The notes beneath the pieces are model-generated. The model searched no databases and was not told where the DNA came from. It worked only from the letters and a program-made list of their open reading frames with translations. The position numbers and the translations under genes were made by a program. DNA of 44,632 nucleotides from the NCBI GenBank assembly GCA_047517405.1, contig JAKZSX010000002.1, positions 1-44,632 of the forward strand. The letters are read 5' to 3'. Numbering within the stretch: position 1 is the first letter of the stretch; each line of letters opens with the position of its first letter. Of the stretch, positions 16,152 to 23,806 are shown in pieces. The stretch comes from Candidatus Poribacteria bacterium (GTDB lineage: Bacteria; Poribacteria; WGA-4E; PCPOR2b).

Positions 16152-19100
16152 TCATACTGCTGATACTTCCAGAATCCCATAAGCCACTAGTTTTGTCGTA
16201 ATATCTGCTTTCGCCATTGCTGCGTCCAACTCTTGAATACGCCGATTATAATCTGCTTCAGCGTTGGCAATCTGGTATCCCCTCATCCGCTGGATGTTTG
16301 GATCGTCCACCTGTGCACGTTGGTACTCAAGAAGATTTATCCGTGCTTCATGACTCGTTGATAAGCTTTCTCTACGGTACTCTGCCAATTCACGAGTATT
16401 TTGCCGATGTTTTTCAAGAGTTTCGGCCCACAGTTGATATTGCCGCTTATCCAACTCGTCCCAAGCGAAAGGTTCGCTAGTTCCCTGATTCTCGTGGCCA
16501 ACTGCTCTCTCAAGAAGTCGGTCAAGATGCGGTGTCAACTTCTCATCCAAAGTAATTGACTTGAGTGCCAAATCTTCCTTGATACCGTGAAAATGCCACT
16601 GGTAAATCGCGAATTTGTAACGTCCCGCAGGCACTTCTTGGGTTTGTACCTTCAGTGTTGTGACGACATCTGATTTTATATTCAGCATCTTTGCTGCTTG
16701 TTTGACCAAAGGGTGCACTATATTGATTAAGGTCACTTCATGGTGGTCCCTCCTGCAATCCGCCTCAAAGGTTATAGACAAAAGCGGATCTGTGCCCTTC
16801 AACCATTTTTCCCATTCCCGATAAATCGGGTTCCGTTCTCTAGAGAGTTGTTGGAAATCGCTTAGTAAGATGTTTCGTGCCTCGCCTGAAAGTCGGAGCG
16901 TTTTGAGATGCCTTTCCCCAAGGACAAACTCCTGATCTGTCTGGAGTTGCTGACGCAGATAGAGTGTAACAAGCCGTTGTATCGATGCCGGAGTCAACCA
17001 GAAGCTGGAGGCATCATCAATATCCTGCTGCATCTGATCTTTAGGTAGGCGTAGTCCAAAAAGTTCTAGTTCTCTTTCTTCCAATCGCTCTTGTTCTTGG
17101 ACCGACCGGATCTGATTGTCTTCCAACTGCTGAAATTTTTCACGGCGTTCGGCATCAGTCAAAGTGAAGTTTTCAGCAATACTGTAAATTTCCTGTGTGA
17201 TTTCGCCGAGAATTTTCTCGCTACCACCTAGGGCACTTTCAAAAACACCGATGCGCAGTAAACACCGATCATAGATTTCGGCATCAACGGTGCCCGGTGT
17301 AATTAAGTTGATAATGGTGACACTCCCGCTCTGTTGACCATTCCGGTCGATACGGCCTATCCGCTGCTCAATTCGCATCGGATTCCACGGCAGATCATAA
17401 TTGACCATGCAGTCACAGAATTGGTAATCCAGCCCTTCGCACCCCACCTCGGAAAATAACATCAGATCGAGGCTATCGTACTCTATTCTCGGCTTCTCAA
17501 ACCGACTGCGGAGTTCAAGGCGTTCTTCGTCCGCAACACCGCCGTGAATCATTCCAACGCGAATGCCGTCCGCCTTCAGGTGCGTGTAAAGATAGGCAAG
17601 CGTATGGCGAAAGCTGCTAAACAGCATAATTTTGTTGTTAGGCAAGTGCTGCCGTTCTTGGATAACCCCGCGGAGAGCCTCCAGTTTTTGATCGCGAGAA
17701 TTGATAGATTTCGCTTTTTCGAGAATTACTTGGATCTGGTCCTGAATTTGCGTTATGGTGCCTTCAAGGGGTATTGATCCCGTAACATCCGCTTCCGTCC
17801 ATGCGAGTTCGTCAAGGTGGCGACTCAAGATGTCCTCAAGCATTGGTTCAAGTCCATAGAGGCAACTTGCCAGCTGCCGGCGGAGCGTCGTCATCATGAA
17901 CTTGACATTCTGATCTCCGTGAAGCGTGCGGAATATCTCCGCTTGTGTTTCAAGCAGCGCGTCATGGAGTTCTGCTTGGTCCGCTGTCAATTCAACCTCT
18001 ACGGTTTGCGGTTTGCGAATTGTAAATTCCCCGATATCCCGTCGGCGAGTTCTATTAAGTATTCCTGAAAAGGTATATAGTCCTTCAATATCTGTGATGA
18101 GTTGGACCCGTTCTTCTTTGGTAACGGATTCCTCTGTGATTTGATTTTGGATCCGCTTGAATTCCGGATTCTCTTTGAGTATGGATTTTCCCCAGCCAGT
18201 GGCGGCTGCCCGGTCAAGGGCTTCCCGTGTGTTCTGTGTCCAACCTTGCTCTTGGGAGCGCGCCGCATCAACCGCTTGGTTAATAAATGGATTCGGCTCT
18301 GCCATGTGCTCGAAACTATCTTCATCCAGAATCAGGTCTGGACGAAGAACGTTAAGCAGAACAAACAGGTCTCGGCTGCTAAGCTGAATAGGAGTTGCAG
18401 TCAGGAAGACTGCCGCTTCCGCATGTTCACAGAAAAATCGTACCGCCTCGTGATTGGCAGTATCTTGATTTCGGATGTGGTGTGCTTCATCCACAATCAC
18501 CAGATCAAAGCGTGGGGGTGGATCCAAATCCAAAAGTCCCTGTCCACGCCTTCGCCTCTGCTTACCTTCTGGCCCGTAGAGGAGCACCTTGTCTAACAAC
18601 GAATAGGGGAGGATTACCTTCTGGTATTGCTCGGGCCACTCGCCATCTAGATGCATCTCATTGATGCAGTACTGCAAGAGTTTCCCATCTAGATGCTGGA
18701 AGTCTTCATCAAACCGTTTCAGTTCTCGCTTCCATTTTTCCTCAGCGACCAAGGGGCGGGGGCATATAATGAGGACAGATTTGATATCGTGACGCGCCTG
18801 CAATTCTCGGAGAATCAGCCCTGCCTCAATAGTTTTGCCGACACCAACACCATCAGCAATAAGCAATCTCGGCCGGTCGGATCTGATGAATTTCAGTACA
18901 GGGCGGTACTGATACGGAATAAAATCAATTCCCGCGGTGTTGAGCGAGTAGAGTGTTGATAGTCCTGGACGGAGAATTTGAATCGCGGTTAGGTAGGCGT
19001 GAAACTCATCGCGAGAAAGACGCTGAAAGTCTTCTCCAGATTGCTGTTCCAACTGTAACTGAGATGCATAAAAGTGCTGAACCTTACCATCAATAAAAAC

Positions 19101-19238
19101 ATTGAACCGGTCTTCAGGACTGCCCGGTAATACGTCAACAACTGCACCCCGAACAGATGGATCCGATTTCAAGAAGACAATCTGACCCGGTGAAAACTCT
19201 AGCGGAGAATTCGGGTTGATATGCATAGTTTTTTCCAT
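16152..19238 (-). CDS. SNF2-family DEAD/H-box helicase (1028 aa) with a small N-terminal beta-barrel-like domain and a ~330-aa uncharacterised C-terminal domain
   Basis: Motif I LIADGVGVGKTIEAG, motif II VIVDEAHHIRN, motif III FLTATPIQ, and motif VI QRIGRIDRNGQ are all intact. The alternative start MHINPN lies at 19226. Confidence 0.9.
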   Translation of the reverse strand: MEKTMHINPNSPLEFSPGQIVFLKSDPSVRGAVVDVLPGSPEDRFNVFIDGKVQHFYASQLQLEQQSGEDFQRLSRDEFHAYLTAIQILRPGLSTLYSLNTAGIDFIPYQYRPVLKFIRSDRPRLLIADGVGVGKTIEAGLILRELQARHDIKSVLIICPRPLVAEEKWKRELKRFDEDFQHLDGKLLQYCINEMHLDGEWPEQYQKVILPYSLLDKVLLYGPEGKQRRRRGQGLLDLDPPPRFDLVIVDEAHHIRNQDTANHEAVRFFCEHAEAAVFLTATPIQLSSRDLFVLLNVLRPDLILDEDSFEHMAEPNPFINQAVDAARSQEQGWTQNTREALDRAAATGWGKSILKENPEFKRIQNQITEESVTKEERVQLITDIEGLYTFSGILNRTRRRDIGEFTIRKPQTVEVELTADQAELHDALLETQAEIFRTLHGDQNVKFMMTTLRRQLASCLYGLEPMLEDILSRHLDELAWTEADVTGSIPLEGTITQIQDQIQVILEKAKSINSRDQKLEALRGVIQERQHLPNNKIMLFSSFRHTLAYLYTHLKADGIRVGMIHGGVADEERLELRSRFEKPRIEYDSLDLMLFSEVGCEGLDYQFCDCMVNYDLPWNPMRIEQRIGRIDRNGQQSGSVTIINLITPGTVDAEIYDRCLLRIGVFESALGGSEKILGEITQEIYSIAENFTLTDAERREKFQQLEDNQIRSVQEQERLEERELELFGLRLPKDQMQQDIDDASSFWLTPASIQRLVTLYLRQQLQTDQEFVLGERHLKTLRLSGEARNILLSDFQQLSRERNPIYREWEKWLKGTDPLLSITFEADCRRDHHEVTLINIVHPLVKQAAKMLNIKSDVVTTLKVQTQEVPAGRYKFAIYQWHFHGIKEDLALKSITLDEKLTPHLDRLLERAVGHENQGTSEPFAWDELDKRQYQLWAETLEKHRQNTRELAEYRRESLSTSHEARINLLEYQRAQVDDPNIQRMRGYQIANAEADYNRRIQELDAAMAKADITTKLVAYGILEVSAV

Positions 19239-19308
19239 ACTTCGGTGATGCGCGTCCTTTCACTTTTGAAATCCACTGTCAATTTGGCTATACGCTATTA
19301 TCTCGTTA

Positions 19309-20196
19309 TTACTCGCCCTGTTTCACGCTATCCGCCAAGATCGAGATCATTTCCGCCAGATCTGGGAACGCCTCCGAATCTTCGGGCGCGAGGTCTGCGA
19401 GGTGCGTCTTCCCGACCAATCGGTACATATCCGCCACACCCGCGAGAATCTTTGGCGTCAAACCGACGTAGCCAAACGTTGCTGAAATCTCCTCCATCTC
19501 ACCGATCCAACGTCTAGCCTTCGGCGGCATCCCCGGCAGTCCCCCTTCCATCCGTTGATACAACGCCGATTGACTCATCTGAAATTCCGCTTTGAGGGGT
19601 TCGGACACCCCTAGCAGTTCTGCAGCGGTCAACAGTTCCGTGCAAAGTGCGGTTAATCCCTTTGTCAAAGAGGCGTAGCACATCTTAATCGCCGAAGCCA
19701 ACCCGATCTGATCACCGAGTGGACGGACATCGAGCCCAAATTGCGTCAACGCTTCAAAATCACCGACGTGGGCCCCTGAGGCGTAGAAGCGGGTCGCCCC
19801 CGGCTTTCTCGGCGGCGGACCGATAATCGACGCATCGACAAAACGTCCACCGGCTTCGGTAATGATTTCGTCCAGTTGACGTGTGGTTTGTGGGGCGATT
19901 GCGTTACAATCGACGTAGGTGAGATCCGTTTTCGTTTCGACAAGCGCATCGGCAACCGCTTGAGAGGCCCCCTTGGCTTCTGCCGGCACCATAATCGACA
20001 GGATAATCTCTGCTTCATTCACAAGGTCTTGATACGTCGGTACATCTTCAATCTTCGCTTTTTCTGCGAGGGTCCGGGTGCGTTCACTTCTCCCTTGAAG
20101 ACAGGTAATCACGCGCAGGCCGTGTGTAACAAGGACATTGCCCACAGTATGTCCCATATCGCCGGGGCTTAGAAGTCCAACAGTTTGTAGTGACAT
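19309..20196 (-). CDS. NAD(P)-dependent oxidoreductase, 6-phosphogluconate-dehydrogenase-like NAD-binding fold (DUF1932-type C-terminus)
   Basis: N-terminal VGLLSPGDMGHTVG dinucleotide-binding motif, 295 aa. GAGGAGAAAGAT RBS lies directly upstream of the ATG. Confidence 0.75.
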   Translation of the reverse strand: MSLQTVGLLSPGDMGHTVGNVLVTHGLRVITCLQGRSERTRTLAEKAKIEDVPTYQDLVNEAEIILSIMVPAEAKGASQAVADALVETKTDLTYVDCNAIAPQTTRQLDEIITEAGGRFVDASIIGPPPRKPGATRFYASGAHVGDFEALTQFGLDVRPLGDQIGLASAIKMCYASLTKGLTALCTELLTAAELLGVSEPLKAEFQMSQSALYQRMEGGLPGMPPKARRWIGEMEEISATFGYVGLTPKILAGVADMYRLVGKTHLADLAPEDSEAFPDLAEMISILADSVKQGE

Positions 20197-20424
20197 ATCT
20201 TTCTCCTCTTCAGGTTATTAATAACTGATGGTGCGAGTTTGCAACTGTTGCCTCCGTCAGAGGCAGTGCGTGAAACGTAAAAACCGTTAGTTTTAGTGTT
20301 GGGTGTCACTGGATTGGAGCGATTGCAGGCGGCATCGAACACCGAAATCTTAGTGTAAGGCTTGGTATTTCTTATGGGTGTCGTTCAAGCTAGCCTACGC
20401 CTAACTGTGAGTGAGGACGGCAAT

Positions 20425-20991
20425 TCAGCCTAAAGGGGTAGAGGTCCTATTCTCCCACTCCGAGCGGAGGAGACCGTACAGATACATATTATGTCGTTTC
20501 CCATCCCGCTGTAGGTGTTCCCGATGTATACCCTCACGCTGGAAACCCAACTTTTCATACAACGCGATGGCGCGTTCGTTGTAGCAAAACACCGTGAGCT
20601 GTACGCGATGCAAATTGAGCTCATCAAAGGCAAATCGGAGCACAAGTTGCATGGCTTCGTATCCGTAGCCTTTCCCCCAGTGTTTTGCCTCCCCAATAGC
20701 GATGCTCACACCGCTCACCCGATGTGTCCACAGTATCCCGTCCAGTTCAACGTAGCCAATTAACGCATCGTTGTCAAGGGTGCGAATGGCGAAAAGAAAA
20801 GCGTCAGTCGCTTTATGCCTGTCATCCAGCCACTGAGCCAAGGCCGCTTCAGTTCTGGGATAAGCGGGGAACGCGTCAAATAGTCGTAAGAATTCGGGAT
20901 TCTGATGCCATTGGGCAACGGTTGGCAGGTCGCTTTGCGTTAACGCTGTGAGTCGGACCCGACTACCGCGCAAAAGCGTCGAAGAGGTCAT
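20425..20991 (-). CDS. GNAT family N-acetyltransferase (RimJ/RimL-like)
   Basis: 188 aa with the acetyl-CoA-binding region HWGKGYGYEAMQLVLRFAF and the NERAIALYEKLGF motif. Confidence 0.85.
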   Translation of the reverse strand: MTSSTLLRGSRVRLTALTQSDLPTVAQWHQNPEFLRLFDAFPAYPRTEAALAQWLDDRHKATDAFLFAIRTLDNDALIGYVELDGILWTHRVSGVSIAIGEAKHWGKGYGYEAMQLVLRFAFDELNLHRVQLTVFCYNERAIALYEKLGFQREGIHREHLQRDGKRHNMYLYGLLRSEWENRTSTPLG

Positions 20992-21068
20992 GCCCAGTAT
21001 TCCTGACGGATTGATCCCGGCACGTTGTTGATCGCATCTTTTTCGGACAGTTTGTTGGCAGGCGAGTG

Positions 21069-21644
21069 TTACGCGAATACCGTTTCTTCATCCGTGTCAT
21101 CAGATGTGTCATCGGAATCGCTTGATTGTTCTGCTTCCTGTTGCTGTACCAGTGTCGTAGGTATAAACAGCATGTCGCTAGGAGTGTCTGGTTGCTCTGT
21201 TTCCTGTTGTTCTTCTTCATCATCAGCTGGTTCAGGGATATCAGGTGTCTCAGAGATATCAGTTGGCTCATCTGTGTTATCAAAGGTACTCAGCTGTTCT
21301 GCCTCTTGCGCTTCTGCCCTGTCCCTGTTCTCAACATTGTTGAGTATTGTCATGAGCCCTTCGAGGCGTTCACGGACTTCTGCCTTCTCTTTGTCTACAT
21401 CGAGGCGTTCCTGCTCGCGCTCGTTCTGAAGCACCTGCAGCTCTGCTTCAAAATGGTTGAGTTCATCGTTCTGTTGTTGAAGGTTTTGAATCTGCACCTC
21501 CCGATGGTCCAACTCGTCACGGAGTTGATTGTTTGCAGATTCCAGTGCGAGTTTTTCATCTCTGAGGCGGTGGATGGTCTCAATTGCGCGTTCAACGCGC
21601 TCTTCCAACAATGTCAGTACATTTTCTCGTAAATCTTCAAGCAT
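21069..21644 (-). CDS. ZapB-like coiled-coil protein with a long acidic tail
   Basis: The N-terminus LEERVERAIETIHRLRDEKLALESANNQLRDEL resembles ZapB. The C-terminal ~70 aa are Asp/Glu/Ser/Thr-rich low complexity. Confidence 0.55.
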   Translation of the reverse strand: MLEDLRENVLTLLEERVERAIETIHRLRDEKLALESANNQLRDELDHREVQIQNLQQQNDELNHFEAELQVLQNEREQERLDVDKEKAEVRERLEGLMTILNNVENRDRAEAQEAEQLSTFDNTDEPTDISETPDIPEPADDEEEQQETEQPDTPSDMLFIPTTLVQQQEAEQSSDSDDTSDDTDEETVFA

Positions 21645-21746
21645 GTGAACCTCCTATTTGTTTTTTGCGTGATTAAAATTTTGGGGTGAGTTGCCTACGG
21701 CTTACTGCCAAAGGAGTTAAAAATTTTCTGTTTCCACGGTGCGTTT

Positions 21747-22613
21747 CTATCTTTCGCCTTTTAGTAAACTGTCAAGTCCAACTGTCCGAGCGTAGTGAAA
21801 AAGGTACTGCTGGGCGTAACCGAGATATTCACCGAAATAGTCTTCGGCAAACTGGCGAATCTCACGAATCGAGGCTTGGCGTTTGAGGTAGAGCTGCTCT
21901 ATAATCCGTTTTACCCACACATCAATGGGAAGTGCTTGAACATGCCCTAACGAAAACAGGCAGATACAGTCTGCGACCTTCTCACCAATCCCTTTGAACC
22001 TCATCAATTCTCGTTTCGCCTCGGCGTAAGGCATGCTTTTCAGAGCCTCAGGATCGAATTCCCCCGCTGCGACTGCCGATGAAACCGTCCACAGATAAGG
22101 GGCGCGATACCCCAACCGACAATCGTACAACGCCTCAACACCGGCTGCGGCGAGGGCTTGTGGTGTGGGGAAAGCGTAATCGACCGAGTCATCGAGCGTA
22201 ATTTTTTCCCCAAACTGTGCCGAGATTGTGCGGATTATCCCCTTAATCCGGGGCACATTGTTATTCTGGGATAGGATGAACGACGCGAGACATTCCCACA
22301 CCGCTTGGTTCAAAATTCGCATCCCCCGGAACGTTTCAATCGAGCGGTGGATGAACGGATCAATGTCTACAGCTTTTAGGATCGCCGGCAGATCCCGGTT
22401 CAGGTCGAGGTAGTGACGAAGGGAAACTTCTAGTCGATCCGGCTGTTCATCATCGGAACTTTCGACAATAAGCGCCTGCTTTTCCTGACGTATCTTCAGC
22501 TGCCTGCCCTCAACAACGCCGTAATACCAACCGTTGATTGGCTGCCAACGGAATGATTGTCCGCACTCCAACGTATGCTTCAGATCAAAATCGGTGACAG
22601 GTTCTATTCGGAT
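21747..22613 (-). CDS. ogg: 8-oxoguanine DNA glycosylase (HhH-GPD superfamily)
   Basis: ECGQSFRW N-terminal motif and the HhH-GPD region FKGIGEKVADCICLFSLGH. The ORF track starts at TTG 22571. The conserved N-terminal sequence IEPVTDFDLKHTL continues upstream to the stop codon at 22626-22628, so I place the start at ATC 22613 (see findings). Confidence 0.8.
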   Translation of the reverse strand: MRIEPVTDFDLKHTLECGQSFRWQPINGWYYGVVEGRQLKIRQEKQALIVESSDDEQPDRLEVSLRHYLDLNRDLPAILKAVDIDPFIHRSIETFRGMRILNQAVWECLASFILSQNNNVPRIKGIIRTISAQFGEKITLDDSVDYAFPTPQALAAAGVEALYDCRLGYRAPYLWTVSSAVAAGEFDPEALKSMPYAEAKRELMRFKGIGEKVADCICLFSLGHVQALPIDVWVKRIIEQLYLKRQASIREIRQFAEDYFGEYLGYAQQYLFHYARTVGLDSLLKGER

Positions 22614-22661
22614 AGGGCAGCCTCCTCACGCCAAAATGATAGAATGCCGATTAACAAGCGT

Positions 22662-22690
22662 ATTATATAACGAATTTCCAATCGATACAA
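22662..22690 (-). promoter_or_regulatory. sigma70-type promoter for ogg
   Basis: On the minus strand: TTGTAT (22690-22685), a 17-nt spacer, then TATAAT (22667-22662). This gives a ~40-nt leader ending in AGGAGG. Confidence 0.5.
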
Positions 22691-22719
22691 GGGCAGAAAT
22701 TACGCGGGGAAAGATGACC

Positions 22720-23553
22720 TCAATAAGTGGATAGATCGGTATCCGGGTGATCTTGATAAAAGCGCGCCTGACCCACGCCAAAGTCCTCCTGAAGCTGGAT
22801 TGTCAGCCCACCGTCTACCGCCAGTGCGTGCCCTGTGATAAAAGATGCCTCGTCCGAGCAGAGGAAGTTGATGGCGTTAGCGATGTCGATTGGGCGTCCA
22901 ACACGGCGAACCGGATATTGCGCCTCAAAGAAACGCAGCAGCGACGGGTTCTGCTTCCAATGTGCTTCAATCCGTTCGGTCACGATATGACCGGGACAGA
23001 TTGCGTTGACCCGGATGCCCATCGGTCCGAAATCAATCGCCATCTGACGGGTGACACCGATGACTGAGGACTTGCCCGCTTCATATACTAGTTTCTTCGG
23101 TGCCATTAACAGACCGTGGACGGACGAGATATTAATGATACTGCCTTTACCAGATTTTTGGATCTCCGGTACGGCGTACTTCGCACCCAGAAACATGGAC
23201 TTGACCAGAACATTCATCGCATAGTCCCAAGCCTCCTCGGATAAGTCTACCGCGCTGCCGTCCGGCTCTTTGGTGTTGAAAGCGTTGTTAACTAGGATGT
23301 CGAGGCGACCCCACAGTTCAACCGCTCTGCTGACCATCGCCTCGATGTCGTCCCGGCGAGAGACATCGGTCTCAATAACTTCCGCGACACCGCCTGCGTT
23401 ACGAATTCTGTCCGCGTTGGCTTGCGCCGTCTCAACGTCCATATCGGCGATGAGGATTTTCGCACCCGATTCAGCAAGCCGTCTCGAAGTTGCACCACCG
23501 ATACCTTGAGCACCACCTGTGACAATTGCGACCTGATCTGTTAGACTTCCCAT
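22720..23553 (-). CDS. SDR family oxidoreductase
   Basis: VAIVTGGAQGIGGAT cofactor motif, NNAF, and a catalytic S...YxxxK arrangement (YEAGK). Confidence 0.9.
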   Translation of the reverse strand: MGSLTDQVAIVTGGAQGIGGATSRRLAESGAKILIADMDVETAQANADRIRNAGGVAEVIETDVSRRDDIEAMVSRAVELWGRLDILVNNAFNTKEPDGSAVDLSEEAWDYAMNVLVKSMFLGAKYAVPEIQKSGKGSIINISSVHGLLMAPKKLVYEAGKSSVIGVTRQMAIDFGPMGIRVNAICPGHIVTERIEAHWKQNPSLLRFFEAQYPVRRVGRPIDIANAINFLCSDEASFITGHALAVDGGLTIQLQEDFGVGQARFYQDHPDTDLSTY

Positions 23554-23673
23554 AATTCTATCTCCTTTATCAAAATTTTAATAACGCAAGTTGCTCGGTT
23601 CTCTTGATATTGTATGTAAGGCGTGTCCGGAATTCAAGGCACGGCATCGTTGGAGGCCGATCAGTACCCAATC

Positions 23674-23722
23674 GTAGGGGCGAGGTTTCCTCGCCTAACG
23701 GGTTGGGAGACCCAACCCCTAC
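23674..23722. repeat. inverted REP doublet (REPIN-like)
   Basis: GTAG-GGGCGAGG-TTT-CCTCGCC is followed by GGGTTGGG-AGA-CCCAACCC-CTAC. These are two hairpins with GTAG heads facing outward on opposite strands. Confidence 0.65.
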
Positions 23723-23806
23723 GCATTCAACTGTGTCGACATGTCAAATGAAGGGGCAACGCCATCCATGTGGGTGTGCAGTGGATTGACCTGTAAATCC
23801 GTAGCA

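Noticed and set aside
21025-21632. Plus-strand ORFs of 134 and 168 aa
   Set aside because: They are antisense to the ZapB-like gene. Their Ser/Cys/Leu-rich translations are mirror products of the acidic, coiled-coil codons.
22636-22648. Plus-strand extended -10-like ATGATAGAATGC, nearly identical to the TPR-gene promoter -10 at 5505-5517
   Set aside because: It has no acceptable -35 element and no plus-strand gene downstream. It lies inside the leader of the minus-strand ogg gene, whose own promoter is well formed.
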